Notes: generated by a model from the letters alone, not told the origin. Shown: positions 12,804 to 30,355, counted from the first letter of the stretch. The stretch: DNA of 64,000 bases from Hormiphora californensis (GCA_020137815.1 CM035352.1:372001-436000), one strand, 5' to 3'. A program made the numbers and translations.

Positions 12804-13096
12804 GTTCAATATATAGAGTTTACTTTCAGCGTTTATTTAGCCATTATATAGTGTTCAATATATAGAGTTTACTTTCAGCGTTTATTTAGTCTGATATAGT
12901 GTTCAATATAGAGAGTTTACTTTCAGCGTTTATTTAGTCTGATATAGTGTTCAATATATAGAGTTTACTTTCAGCGTTTATTTAGTCTGATATAGTGTTC
13001 AATATAGTGAGTTTACTTTCAGCGTTTATTTAGTCTGATATAGTGTTCAATATAGAGAGTTTACTTTCAGCGTTTATTTAGCCATTATATAGTGTT
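12804..13096. repeat. Minisatellite, six copies of a 48-bp unit
   Basis: GTTCAATATATAGAGTTTACTTTCAGCGTTTATTTAGTCTGATATAGT repeated head-to-tail with no unique spacers. Confidence 0.9.
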
Positions 13097-14617
13097 AGCT
13101 TCACAGATTATAAACAGCTTCGCATTGTTATACTACTGCGCAGAGAGTTCCAAACAGCACATGCTTTGCACGACATATATTATGGGACACAGTACACCAT
13201 GAAGGTGTAACGTGTGTCCCATTTTAACAAGTCACTAGTACTTACGATGTAGGGATGGTCGGCTCGTCTTCGTGTACTATTGATTCTACTATTATTGGTA
13301 GCCTCTTGGCTCGTATTGTTGATAACAAACTGGGAGGTTACAGGGATAAGTAATAGGGTAGAGATATGTAACTTGGTGGGGAGGACCGGGAGTATAGACA
13401 TTAGACCGGTGAATTGGTCGGTATGTATTTCTAGCATAAAATGTTTACAACAATTATTTAAAAAAGTACATATGATATTTACCTTACTAAGAGAATATAT
13501 ATGAACATTATTGGTTCCTAGTGATGGTTCCTTTGTAGTAGTACATGTGGAGCGATCTCATTGCTTCTTCTACTTCACCATTATTCTGATTCTCGTGCTA
13601 AAAAGGAATGGCAAGATTACTAACAAAATATAACCACCAAGAAATATATATATAATGGTCATATAGGGCGATCGTTGGAATCATATCATTATCATTAAGT
13701 GTAAAAAAAGGGGTAGCAAAGTAATTGTTTTGTGAAAAAGCTTGCTAATCGCAGCATCAACAACTGTTGGGACAGGGTAGATTTTGCATAGTTGCTATAT
13801 ATCATATAATGCTTGGTAAGAAGACATATAATATAGCGCTTACTTTTATCCAAATGAAATTACATAGGGTGTCCTCTCGCTTTCTCTATCTATCCCCAAA
13901 TCTATATATCTATCTCTCTCTATCTATCTTTCTCTATCTCTCCCTCTCTCTCTCCTCCCCATTTCAAGGAATGTGGGCCTATTGGATGTGGAAAGTAGAC
14001 GCCGCGTTTGTTGGTTTGATATATGGCAAGATCGTCAACGAAATCAAAACCTTGGAGTTTAACTGCAATTGACCTAAAATAATATAAAGGACCTATAATA
14101 ACATAAAGGACCTATAATAATATAAAGGGTTTTGAATAAAATGAAAGCTGTCCAGACCCCATACTTTACGTTGATGACCTATCACGTGCTTCATTCTACC
14201 CCCTCTACTACTTCATTCCTATCATTCCTACTGAAGGAGGGGATCATCCTTATAAGAGTTCATATTATAGAGGTGTTCTAAGGGAACCAGCCGTGACTGC
14301 AGTAGCATAGTACGACAAACAATATATCCTAAATAGAAAATTTGTAATCAGAATTCAATGAATAAATGTTAATCAAGTTAAATAACATAATTAACTTATT
14401 TACTCATTCAATTGAATCAACTCAATTTGAATAAATGAGATCTACCCGAAAAATAGAGGGTAATCAGTTACATACTTTAAACCAGATCTTTTGCAGACCA
14501 GATGTTCGTGACTAAGTGGCGCTCTCCAGTGGTCTAGTTTATAGTGTCGACAAGCCGCTCTCTGGAAAGAGCTGTCCACATTTCCAGTGGGAGGTTAAAC
14601 ACTCAAGTATAAAGGAA

Positions 14618-17005
14618 TCACTGCGCTGGCAAGCGCAAAGGTGGCCCCATCCCCTCCCCCCCCCCAAAACTTTTCCCGAAAAAGTGGGCCCGCTTGCCAA
14701 CAGCGTAGATATAACAATTTTGAAGTTTTAGCCCATTTTGGCACTTTTCGACCCCTCCTAACTCCGGAACCAGATGAGCTAGGAGGCTGAAATTTGGTAC
14801 TAAGAAGCTTAACATAGACCTCTACTGACGGTAAAAATTTCAAGTAGCTAGCTCATTCCGGTCGCAAGTTATGACACCACCCCCAAAACAGAAAATTCAG
14901 TGTGGCGATAGATAGATCACTGCGCTGGCAAGTGCAAAGGTGGCCCCATCCAACCCCCCGAAAAAAATTCCCCCAAAAAACGGCCCGCTTGCTCACAGCG
15001 TATATATAGTTATTTCATACTTTTAGCCCATTTTGGCACTTTTTGACACGCCATAACTCCGGAACCGGATGAGCTAGGAAGCTGAAATTGTGTACTCAGA
15101 AGCTTCTTGTAGACATCTATCGATGGTAAAAATTTCAAGTGGCTAGCTCATTTTGTTCAAAAGTTATAACACCACCCCCAAAACAGAAAATTCAGTGTGG
15201 GGATAACTAGGTTGATACATACATACATAGATAGATGTATAGACGCTTTATTACCTTCCGTTTGGTCCCAGTTTGAGACGAACCAGACATCGTACAACCT
15301 TAAACCAAGCGGCATTCGACAGATAATTGTCTCGTGCATGTACCCATTTGGGTGGCGACTCTCAATCTTACCTATGACGCGCGCAATGACGTCACGAGTG
15401 ACGTCATTGCGCGAGGTCGACTAACTTTTTTCAAACGCCTCTAGCACCCTGAAGACGTGTTCCGATTTCTGATTTGACGAAAAATCGTTACCGGCAAATT
15501 GTCTGAACTTTCAGTTACTAAATTGCGAATTTTCGTAGCTTATCATTTTGAGCCCTTAAATCGCGTCGGAAGTCAAAAATTTGACGAAAAATTCAGTAAA
15601 ATGAACGTTTTTCGAGCAAAAACTCCCTTTCCTGACCACTGTGGTCAACGATACTTTACAAGCTCCTTCAGGGTATTTATTCAAAATATATTGTGATGCA
15701 ATTACGTCGTTACGACGTCACTAATTACGTCAGATGACGTCATAATGACGTCAAAATTACGATTTTCACAGAAATTCGTCTCGTTTCTCATCACACATCA
15801 TTTTGACAATTTTACATCATGAAATAATGTCATACTGACATTAGAAACCAAAAAGGGACCTAAATTAAGCCAAAAACTAATTGGAATTAGTTGGCGGGAA
15901 AGGTGGCCCACTTACACCTTTGCCAGATGCCGGGTTTTATTTCAAAATGTATCAGGGATATAAGAGGTGAGTGAAATAGAGAAAGAGAAAGGGTGAGAGA
16001 GAGAGATTGAGATACCGACGTGAAGTGAAGAGAATGACAGTTCGTGGTACCCGGTAGCAGCAAAAGGTGTAAGTGGGCCACCTTTCCCGCCAACTAATTC
16101 CAATTAGTTTTTGGCTTAATATATATATATATATATATATAGCTATAGACGCTTCACTGTGTAACACTTGTAGCCTGAACCATACTAGCTAGAGACTTGA
16201 ACCAAGTTTTATCCGTTAGGAAATCGTTCGGAGCATGCATTAGTTAAGGTTTCAAGTGAAAATGTCCACTATGACGGGCGTAATGACGTCACAAAGTGAC
16301 GTCATTGAAAAATCTCAGACCAAATATTTTCAAACGCCTCTAGCACCCTCAAGACATTTTCCAATTCCTGATTTGACGCAAAATCGTCAGTGGGAAATTA
16401 TCTGAACTTTCAGATACTATATTGCAAATTTTTCTAACTTGTCATTTTCAGACCTTAAAACGCGTCGGAACTCAAAAATTTGATGTGAAAATCCACAGAA
16501 AAACTCACATTTCTTGCAATAACTTCAGTTCTTAAATACCATGGCCTTTAAAACTTTTCACACGTTTAGTGCTTCATTGGCCGAATAGTCTGTCATAATT
16601 TTTTTACGTCGTCGTGACGTCACGTGTGACGTCACGACGTCAAAACGACGTCGAATTTTGAAAATTTCGTCAAATCAGTTTCCTACAACCCAGGTACATT
16701 TGAATTACATTTGAATACTTTAGTTGACAAATAGCTTAGTTGTTTGAGGTCATAAATGACCTCAAACGACCAAAAAAGATTACAAATTTAGAGCAAAAAC
16801 TAATTGAAATTAGTTCGCCAGAAAGGTGGCCCATTTTGAACTTACTCCTTCATTTCCGTCACCTTTGAGTTGAAGGCGGAAAAGTTTAAGGATACCTCAT
16901 GTCAATGTCTTTGAAGTCTCAACTCAAAGGTGACGGAAATGAAGGAGTAAGTTCAAAATGGGCCACCTTTCTGGCGAACTAATTTCAATTAGTTTTTGCT
17001 CTAAA
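14618..17005 (-). mobile_element. Helentron/DINE-1-like non-autonomous element, family C (outer copy C1)
   Basis: Terminal hairpin TGCGCT-GGCA-AGCGCA next to subTIR AAAGGTGGCCC, an internal microsatellite, and a ~95-bp inverted repeat carrying the same subTIR at the other end (about 16786-17005). No TSD. Confidence 0.7.
14917..16119 (-). mobile_element. Helentron/DINE-1-like element, family C (copy C2) nested in C1
   Basis: Same terminal architecture. Inserted at GATAGATAGA|...|TATATATA in the microsatellite of C1, and the C1 body resumes afterwards (TATAGACGCTT). Confidence 0.7.
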
Positions 17006-17464
17006 TCTTTAGTATAGGAATAATTGTAAGCAATCTGTTGACAGCTCACTGAATATGCAACAAGAAACTACGCCCAAGTTAAGTAACCTATTGATAACCT
17101 AAACATAGCAAATGAGACATGTATCGCACAGGTATAGAATCTCAATAGAACATGACTCATATTGTCTCCCTCTGACGTCTTATCTAATTGTGAACGAAGC
17201 TCTAAATGAAATAGCTATTGTCTTTACCAGCTGAAACACCCTTAGCGCTCTTTGCTCCATTTTCCTCATACAGACAGATGAAATACCCTTAGCGCTCTTA
17301 GCATCCTCTCTATTTTCCTCATACAGACAGATGGATTCATTAATCCACTCGAGGGAAAGAAAGAGACTTGTCGAGTGTGGGGTTCCAACAACAAATAAAT
17401 AGTTCATATAAATCGATATCATTCATATGAATCATCTCTCTCTCTCTCTCACTCACCATCTCTC

Positions 17465-17554
<90 letters not shown>

Positions 17555-18953
17555 ACTCTCTCTCTCTCTCTCTCTCCCAAATAATCAAAAATGATTAAGT
17601 TGCTACCAAAAGTACGCATATCAAATACCAACAGAACTATGCTACCCCACCCCTCATTGGAAGAAAGATGGAGAGGGGAAGATGGGATGTTCTAGACTGC
17701 AATACACCACAGAGTACTACTATAATTAGGGACGTCCCAGACTCATGGACAATGATGTGGTAATATAATCAGCACAAATGACTGAACAAAAGCCCCCCAT
17801 CTCGCAGGAAATCTGTTTATCTATCGTGGGGGACACGATATGATATCTCTTGAGGATCATAGACAGTAGATGAAAGTAAAAGCTAGACGTTCTGGCTCTT
17901 ACATTTAACAATACATCCTCAATAAATAGTTTCACATTTTAGTTGATGAAAGTTTGCTGTAAGCTACGATTAATTAACAGGCGTGATAAAGTTGCAATAT
18001 GCCATGAAAACATAATTAATGTCGTAAATTGGTATAGTGACTAGTGAGGGTGGACCTGATGTGAAGCTTATAGACGGTCCCTGAGACCACCAAACCCTTT
18101 TAACTTGCATAATGAACATGCCAGAGCAGTAACGATCCCACTATATCGTGCCAGCACACCAATTACTCAATGTATTGATTGACTCCCGGTGCTCTAATTG
18201 GGTATAGTGCCCCCCCCCCCCCCCATTCACAGTTCCCCTCTCTTCTTATATAACTCTCTGTTTTCGCTCCCACTTTCCAGTTAAGTACACTAATTTTAAT
18301 CTCATACGTGTCACATAAATAACAAGGGATAATATGAACAGCTCCAAGCGTTCAAGAGAGGGGGTGCTGCGAACCATTTTGTACGTGCGTGTAATAGACC
18401 TCGATGCAGTAATACGCTATCACTTACAAGACGGAGAGAATGAGTGAGTATGATAAGGATAGGTATCAGAATATACATGTTTAAAAGCCTTCATTGCATG
18501 CTTCATACTCAGTTATACGTTTAAATTACACGTGTCTATGAACTGATACCCCCACGGATAATGGTGTAGTGTGCATGTGAACACTTTCCTGAATTGTATT
18601 AAAAATACCCAAATATAAAAACATGTAAATATTTAAATAGCGGGCATGCACGTTCAGAGCTAGTTAAGTAGATTTACAAAGTGACGTGCCATGCAAATTT
18701 GACTACTTAGTCAGGGTGACGACGTTATTCGTAGGTATCACGTATCACAACTACTTGAGAACTCAGTCGTCATTCCCTCTCCTCTCTCTCTCTCATCTCT
18801 CTCTCTCCTCTCTCTCCTTCTCTTCTCTCTCGTCTCTCTCTTCTCTCTCTCCTCTATCTCTCACCTCTATTCCCCTCTCTCTCTCTCCTACTCTCTCCTC
18901 TCTCTCTCTCTCTCTCCTCTCCTCTCTCCTCTCTCTCTCTATCTCTCTTCTCT

Positions 18954-19042
<89 letters not shown>

Positions 19043-19756
19043 ATCTTCGCTCTCCTTAATCGAAATTGTTCAATTTGAACGTATATTGCCAGCAGTATTT
19101 AGGGTGGGGCACTTTTTTACGTTGTAAAATTGTTCATTGCAAATTACCTATGACCATTGACCAATGATCTACAGATGGCCGTAAAGAGAATGCGAGGTAT
19201 AATAACATATGCACACACTACACATAACAGTTCAACAAGTAGACGAAATGCAATTATTTACTATAAGACTAAAACTTTAAATAAAGATCAAAGCAGTGCT
19301 TTGCAGTGCTGTCCTGAGCGCCAGGAAAAAAGGAGGGAAATTATGGGAAAGATGAAACTATCGGAATACTATATAGTATAGAGGGGAAAGGAACCTCCTA
19401 TATAACACTTGAGTGACGTCATAAATTCCTCTTGAGTTGAGGGAAGCCAAACATCTCTATTATAATTCATATCGCATCATAATTAGTTAGGATCAGCTCT
19501 AGTCCCATAATAGGCAACATATAACCCCACCCACATGTAGTCATAGTAAGTTACCAAATAACAGCTCTAGTTTTATAACAGAGGTGTGGCAGCACCAAGA
19601 CCACCTGCTGTTACATCATCCTACATTCCTCCTTATTATATGGTCCTAATTCGGGAACCTCGCTCAATAGTAGTATACACACCCTGACAGCTTAAAAGAA
19701 AAGTGAGAGAAGAGAGTGAGAGAGAGGGAGAGAGAGAGAGCGAGGGAGAGAGAGAG

Positions 19757-19800
<44 letters not shown>

Positions 19801-19826
19801 GAGAGAAGAGAGAGATGATGCGAGAG

Positions 19827-19865
<39 letters not shown>

Positions 19866-21141
19866 TAGCTAGAGATAGGGAGAAAGAGAGAGAATATAAA
19901 TTTAAGAAACTACCGGAATAAGCTGAGACAAACGAGAGATCTAAAAGACTGGGTGATCAGCTGAGACAGAATATTGGATCCCTCAATTAGTTTCGTCTAC
20001 GCATTTCTATTCAGATATGTCTGGATTCCAGAGGCCCCATTCTAACTACTGTGTTCCTCATGACTGACCTGGATCAAAGGAGCTACTGTTCATATTTAAT
20101 ATGCTGCTTTCACTCGGTACAGTCACCTCAGAATCCTTTGGTCTGCATATAATACGATCGGGTGTGAAGTTGATGGGAAAATGGGGAGATCACGGGAATT
20201 AATACCAAGATGATAATTTAAATTAACTAAGGTAGGTGTAAATCGCGTTTTGAGCTTGACTGAAGTGTAAATACGCTTTAATTTGATTTACTGTTTAGCT
20301 TTCAATACTAAGGCAACTACTGAGCTGCAGCTGTTTGTATTGGGAGTTGGCCGGTGGCATCTTCTCTTCTCCCAAACTGCTCTATTAGAAACTACCCTGT
20401 TAGAGACGCTATGTTAAATTACAAAATCAGACTACTAAATTGTAATGATAAACTATCGTGAGATCCTAACAGTCGATCAAGAAAAATTAGGAGGAAAACT
20501 TCCTCCAGACAGAATTTGATGGCTTCTGAACTGAAACGCTATTGAAGGAAGAGGGCCCCAATATTATAAAAGGATTTTTTTTTAAAGTAGGGGGAAATTT
20601 AATAGAGAGCAAAAAACCCCCAAAAGAAAATTTGAGGTGCTCGTCTTTAAAAAATATCTTTCCGAAAAAGGTTATAATTCTTAAATTTTAAGACGAACAT
20701 CTCCAAAAATTTATATTTTATATATGAGCAAAGTTTAACCAAGAATACGGCTGAACAATCTTAACCCTTGAAGTAACTGATAGGCAGGGGATTATTTTTT
20801 GGTTATTGCCAAAAGACAACATAATTGTTGGCTGGAACAGTGCCCCCTTTTTTTTTGAAACTGACCCCTTTTACCATGATTTGTGAAAAATAAAAAAAAT
20901 AACAACCGGTCCGCAAAAAAGATTTTTTAAGGGGTAATTGCAACGTGAATGATGGGGGTCGAGGACCGAAATCTATACTTTTTATTTATGCCCCTTTTCA
21001 ATTTTTTTTTCCCCTGGATTTTTGTTTTAAAACCTTTAAGGCAGTAAAAAAAAAGAAAGGGTTTTAAAAGGGAAAAAAGGAAAGGGGAAAAAGGGGTTTT
21101 GAAAACGAGGGAAAAAAATTTCAAAAATTTTTCCCCCCCCC

Positions 21142-21250
<109 letters not shown>

Positions 21251-21328
21251 CCCCCCCCCCCCCCCCCCCTTTTTTTTTTTTTTCCCCCCCCCTTTTTTTT
21301 TTGGGGCCCTTCCCCTCCCCTTTTCCCC

Positions 21329-21378
<50 letters not shown>

Positions 21379-22555
21379 AAAACAGCAACTCATTGTATGC
21401 TAGACACCAAAATAAAAACAGGCGGGGCTACTAAGTTAGCAACACTGCAGAAAACATTGGGGTTAGAAGGCTCCCTTGCAGAGGGAGGGCTCCCAATGGT
21501 ACGAAGTGAAAAACATGGCATGATAGGAGCATGAAAATTAGATTTTCTAAGAGTGCTAAAAGATGTATGTAGAAGGGCACTGTTAAACCTATACATACTA
21601 TCGAGTGTACAATATGCAATATAGGCAGCTCCTGATCATCCGATGCGTGTGTGTGTGTGTGGTGTGCAAAGTGTGCTCAATTTATATTTTTTACTGTAGA
21701 CGGGAAAAAAAAACAGACAAAGCCAGTAGTCCCCTTTTGGGGCCCCCTTATAGAATGACCTAGTTCGGTGTTGACTCTCCACAGTTTATAAAGTAAGAGG
21801 TTTTCCAAAAATTTATAGACCCAAACAAAAAGGTTTTTTTAATTTAAATTTGGTACCAAAAAAAAGGGGTTTTCAATACCCCCTTTTTTAGTCTTTTATA
21901 CAAAAACAAAAGGAAAAAAAAAGGGGAAACTTTAAAACCAAAATTAATAAATCAATTAAAAGGGGAAAAAAAAGGGGGAAAAAACATTTAAAGGGGAAAA
22001 AGGAAAAAAAGGGGGAAAAAAAAAAAGCCAAAGGGGAGGAGGGGAAAAAAAAGAAAAGGCCCAGGGGAAAAGGGGGGGGAAAACCCCTGGTTCAAAGGAA
22101 AAATTGCCCCCTATCCTGGAAGTGTACTTCCCTTTTTTTTTTTTTTGGGCCCTCTTAGGGAATTTTGGGGGCGGGGAATTTTCCCCAAAAAATTTAAAAA
22201 TTGTTCCCGGTTAAGGGGGGGGAAAAAGGAAAAAAAAAAAAAGGAAGGGGGGGGGGAAGAGATAGGAAATGATCTGCATACCTATGAAATTTACTACTCT
22301 TCGGAACATAAAAAGTGAAATACTTCAAGTGTGTTCAATGGAACATATTGGGATTTTTTCTAACCCTTTGGGGACGATAAGCCCCCTGTCAGCTTTCCTA
22401 AGTCAATGACACCTGAGGCAAAAAATAACCTTAACAAGAAAACACTAAAACAGCGATATAATGGTACTAAATCAATTAAAGGAGCTTTCGAGAACACTTT
22501 TTTTACGTCTTCAGCACAAAATATCCTCAAAATCATCAAAAAACGTATATTTTAA

Positions 22556-23900
22556 TTATACCAAAACTAATTGAAATTAGTAGGCCGGAAAGGTTGCCGT
22601 ATGATTTGAGCTACCTTTGCCACCGTAAAATTCACGGGGTACAGCGGGTATAAAACAGAGCTGTTTCTTCAAAAGGGAAAGATTTGGGCCAAAGGTAGTC
22701 AAATCATCGGCAACCTTTCCGGCCCCTACAATTTAATTAGTTTTTTTTTTATAATTTTTATCATTTTTGAGTCATTTTGACGATTAAAAATGACCTCCGA
22801 GTTTTTGGGTCATAATGATGAATATATTCGGGATTACCTAGATGAAATAAAAGACCAGTTTTAGATCGATTGGATAAAATTTGAGGGCCGCTATGGCGGA
22901 AAAAACCCGTATCGTCATATCTATTTTTAAAAAGTCGTAAACACTTCAGACGGCATTTTAAGGGCCCTTTTAAAACGGCGTTTCAAACACATTGATGGAT
23001 TTCAAAACATTCCCCAGGGAATCTACACCCGAAACCGCACGTGCAGAAAGCGCGCGGGGCCGCCTGGAACCCCCCCAATTCACGTTGCGGGTAAAGAAAG
23101 ACCGCACAATTTAAAAGTTTGCTAAAACGTTGTCCCCTCACTCTCTCTATGGGAAAAACCGCAGTGGGGAAGGATTTTTCCGGGCCGCGGCCGGCGGGAT
23201 AAAATTAAAGTGCGGGGGTGGGGGTTAGTAAGAAATTCATTGGGGGGCAAAAAAATACGAGGAAAAAAAAAAAACCCATATTTTAAAAATTTGGTATTTT
23301 ACGGGGGACTTCTAAACAGCCCCGTTTTTAAAAAAATTCGGACGATATAGTTTCTGAAATTTCAGACAATTCTCTTTCCATGATATAGTCTTCGTTTTTC
23401 GATTAGAATCCGTCTTTAGGGTGTAAATTGAGCTCAAAGAATTTTGGTCAGAGTCTGAAAAATGACGACTTTAAGACGTTCTGTAGGACGTTCCTGGGGA
23501 TGAAAAGGGACGCCACATCGACTAATGCACACACATCCAGTAGATCTACCAGCTGTGAAAACGAGAAGTTTCTATCTCTTTTAGTTTGGCGGGAATATGG
23601 TTTATAAAAAGCGTCTCTCCTATGCGTGTACGCGCGCGCGCATGCGTCCGTTACACTGAATTTAGGGCAAATGGGACCACCCTGTAACTTCGGTCCCAGA
23701 TGAGATAGAGACTTGAAATTTTAAACTTAAGTCAGAGACCCCAAGCCGGGTATACATTCCAAATTTCAAGTCAAACGAATGAAAGAGAGCCACGCTATGG
23801 CCTTCTGAAATCTGGTTTTTCAGGCACAACACCCATAAAACGTATAACTGCGTTTCTGGCGGCGCTTTTGGGGGGAAGGGGAATGGCAACCTTTGCGCTT
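22556..23900 (+). mobile_element. Helentron/DINE-1-like element, family B, partly garbled, terminal hairpin truncated
   Basis: Reverse-complement homologue of 31362-32447. Starts TTATACCAAAACTAATT...GAAAGGTTGCC and ends GGCAACCTTTGCGCTT. Confidence 0.7.
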
Positions 23901-24197
23901 TTAAATTTGGTCTAGAAAGACGCTAAATGGGTTCAAAGTACTGGGTCACCTGTGGTCCAATGTCCCCAAAGGGTTACATTTGACGATAACGTATCGAAGA
24001 CTATCTGGTAGTGGACAAATGGCTCACACGCTCTGTGAGGGTTCGGTAGATCAAGAGAAAACAAGAAAACATACTGAGCAGTATTATAGCCCCACCTATA
24101 ATATGTAAGCACATTGATATTTGTCAGGGACCAGGGTGATATGAAAATAAAAGATAATTATGCTACAAGAGGGAAAAGAGAATCAGTATAATATATA

Positions 24198-24359
24198 CAA
24201 TAGGACCCCGATTTACCGGAACCCCGATTTACCGGGAGGATAAACTTCCCCGATATAAAAACATTAACGGTATTTGACCCCGATATACCGGATACCCCGA
24301 TTTACCGCGCAAAACCCTTTCTCCCAAGCATCCCGGTGAATAAATTCGAGTCCGACTGA
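24198..24359. mobile_element. Small Tc1/mariner-type MITE
   Basis: Imperfect TIRs CA(A/G)T(A/C)GGAC(C/T)CG and an internal repeated CCCCGATTTACCG. A garbled second copy ends TAAATCGGGGGCCGACTGTA at about 34847. Confidence 0.5.
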
Positions 24360-24567
24360 ATGTATCTATATCATTAGTAAGACAATAGCGAGGAGGGGAA
24401 TCTTAAAATCGACTTGTCTCTAGTCGCACCCGCCTCCCAAAAGATTCTAATCATTTGATTTGGTATTCTCTGATTATAAGCTTAATTTAAGGAAAGTATT
24501 ATATATTCGACTGGAAGTATTATTTTGCCGACGTATATCACTAGTCACTCGGCGGATCATTCTCTAC

Positions 24568-27313
<2,746 letters not shown>

Positions 27314-27917
27314 TCTGGAGGCAGTTATATATATATATGATATAGTCAGTAGCACATCCATACAGATCTTGATCTTAGATAGGCATCTCTATTAAAAGAA
27401 GGTGTACACTAAAATTTGGGTTTTAAAGGGCACGATGAAGATAGTATCTCTTTAAACTTTTAGTTAGGGCGAGATACCCGAATAAACCGCAAATTAGTGG
27501 CAAAATTCTTTACAATTCCTTCACTAGTTGACCCTAATGGATCTCGTGAATCACCAAAACAAAGTTCCAGCTGATCAGAGGTGAGGAAGACGGAAGACCT
27601 TTATTTCCGGGTAGGCGCGTACATGCATTTTCAGGATAAATCGTAAAAACGTAACTACCCTTAGGAAAGAGTAGAGACAAAAAATAAGGTCATTGAATGG
27701 GTAGCGTCCTCGCATTAGTGGGGGTAGGTGCCTGAATTAAGTATTTATCTCAGATCTGGTTAATTAGATAATTAGATCGGCACATAGCCGTTTTTGACTA
27801 TATGGCTATAGCCAAGTTAAGAAAGGAGTAGAAACAAAACCGAGGGCACTAAAATGACCAGTTTCCTCGAATTAGCAGGGGAAGTGCTGAAATTAAGTCT
27901 CTATCTCATCTGGTTAC

Positions 27918-28247
27918 AATGAAATAGTGTTTATTTAGGACTGTAGACGACTCGGAGATTTTATTTCAGGAAAGATAATACGGGACGGTTTCGACGTTTA
28001 ACGTCATCATCAGCTCAAATTAATTTGTTTAAAGTAGTGTTGAAAAGTTTGAAAAAAAAAGTTTTCAAACTTTTCAACACTACTTTAAACAAATTAATTT
28101 GAGCTGATGATGACGTTAAACGTCGAAACCGTCCCGTATTATCTTTCCTGAAATAAAATCTCCGAGTCGTCTACAGTCCTAAATAAACACTATTTCATTT
28201 ATCAAAAACTATGCGACTCAAAAACAGCCGATTGGTCAACTTATTGA
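27918..28247. mobile_element. Inverted solo pLTR of a Penelope-like element with hammerhead-like cores
   Basis: Perfect 138-bp inverted arms (27918-28055 / 28062-28199) and a ~48-nt tail on one arm only. Flanking direct repeat CTCATCTGGTTA (27905-27916, 28248-28259). Each arm has CTGATGA-stem-GAAA. Confidence 0.7.
28098..28140 (+). ncRNA. Minimal hammerhead ribozyme-like motif (mirror copy on minus strand at about 27977-28019)
   Basis: CTGATGA (28104-28110), stem II GACGT-TAA-ACGTC, GAAA, then C-C-GTC. A convincing stem I is not evident. Confidence 0.5.
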
Positions 28248-28537
28248 CTCATCTGGTTAATTAGATAATTACCGTGTGGGGCAATAAAAATGCCCCCCCC
28301 CCCCCCCCCCAAGTCTACCATAGTTCCAGATATCGTGGAGCGCTAAAATTTGGTTCAGTAACTCTATGAGACAAATAAATAACTTGACCAAAATTTCAGA
28401 CCTTTAGCTCAAAATTCATTTTTTTGATCGGAATGAACATTGTCATTCATTCCAGGAAAAAATATTTTCCAGTTCAAAAGTTAACCAATTATGTTTGGCT
28501 ATCGATTAGCTTTCCAATGTGACCACGATCAGCTAAA

Positions 28538-29578
28538 TCACTGCGCTGGCAAGCGCAAAGGTGACCACCACCTCCCCCCAGCCGCGCGTGCCAGAAAGCA
28601 GTAATAAGTTTTTTCAGTTTTTAGCCAAAAATGGCATTTTGCGACGCACATAGCGAGGCCCCCACTGCACCAATCGGTCTGAAATTTGGTATACAGTGTC
28701 AAGTAGACTAGATCTACTGGAGTTTAAAAGGGCAAGTCTCTATCTCTTTTAGTTTTATAGTTATGACATGGTGAAAAAAGCAATAAATGTCCGTGTCTAT
28801 ATATATATATATATACATACATACATACATACATACATATAGACGCTTTTTTACACAATTTGCAGACAATTTTCTGGAAAAACTACAAGAGATAGACACT
28901 TCTCGTTTGTTGCATTCGAAAGATAATCGTTTGAATTGTGTTATTGGAGGGTTTTCATGTTCTATGTCTTACCAGAACGTCCTTAAAAACTGTCATAAAG
29001 TTAAGATATTTTTCAAATCGACCAAATTTCTTTGAGCTCAATTTACTCCCTGAAGACGGCTTCTGATTGAAAATTGGAGACCACACTTACGAAAGATAAT
29101 CGTCTAAACTTTCAGAAACTATATCGCGAATTTGTGAAACTCTATTTCCAAGGGTCTTAAATCGCGTCTGAAGTTTTAAGACTGTATGAAAATAGATATG
29201 ACGATAGTGCGTTTTTCGCCATAGCGACCTCAAATCTTGTCCAATCGATCTCAAACTTGGTCAGCATCTTTATCTAGATGAGCCTGATAATAATTGTTCA
29301 CTAACAAGACGTTATAACGTCGTGACGTCACACTATGACGTCAAAATGACGTCAAAATTTAAATTTTCGTATTTTAGCGATTTCTGACGGTCTTTACAAG
29401 TTCTGCTACGTCCAGACATGTCTTACATCGTATTTCACATCAGAAAATACCAAAAATATACCTAAATTATGCCAAAAACTAACAGAAATTAGTTGCTGGA
29501 AAGGTGACCACTTTTATTGTCAAACTTACACCTTTGCCCGGCCCGGGTTTTCGGAAATAGAGGGAAAGGGAGAGAGAA

Positions 29579-29667
<89 letters not shown>

Positions 29668-29796
29668 GAGAGAGAGAGAAATCAAAGTGAGAGGGAAATA
29701 TAATGATGAAAAAACCCGGAGAGGGCAAAGGTGTAAGTTTGACAATAAAAGTGGTCACCTTTCCAGCCAACTAATTTCTGTTAGTTTTTGGCATAA
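28538..29796 (-). mobile_element. Helentron/DINE-1-like element, family A (copy A1)
   Basis: Hairpin TGCGCT-GGCA-AGCGCA plus subTIR AAAGGTGACCAC, a (TA)n(CATA)n microsatellite, and a ~75-bp inverted repeat with the same subTIR enclosing (GA)n. No TSD. Confidence 0.75.
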
Positions 29797-30355
29797 TTGG
29801 ACAACCACAAGAGACACAGTGTCATGTTTCTTAAAGTTAGTCAGGTCATGTGATCTTCACATAGCCGTTTTTGACCATTATATGGCTATAGCCAAGTTAA
29901 GAAAGGAGTAGAAACAAAACCAAGGGCACTAAAATGACCAGCTTCCTCGAATTAGCAGGGCAAGCACTCTTATCTATTGATCTACCGAACCCTCACAGAG
30001 CGTACTCAGCGTTGTGAGCCAATAAAGCATTCACATTTCCCAAAAACAGCGCTATTGAGAGGTTTGGGGGGAGCCACCGAATAATTTAGTTCAACTGTGG
30101 CCGACTATAATAAGGCTTGTGAATGATCATCATTTGCTCGCCTGGGTATAAGATTTCGATATTACGTGACGCCACATCTTCGTCACATACACTGATAGGG
30201 CATGGAGTTTCTTATCGTAATTTGATTATCAAGCTGGGTATGGTTTAAAGGTCTCCCTATCTCTGGACACATTGCACAGTCACACCATGTAAACTGCTTT
30301 TCACGAGTTCTCTTGCTGATTTATAACTTGTCTAAATACCACTGTTTTAGCGAAT

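Noticed and set aside
12804-13096. Possible CRISPR array
   Set aside because: Head-to-tail 48-bp units with no unique spacers and no cas genes, in a eukaryotic context.
27781-29960. ~100-bp direct repeat (27781-27879 / 29858-29960) as LTRs
   Set aside because: No TG...CA ends, PBS or coding interior. More likely fragments of a dispersed repeat.
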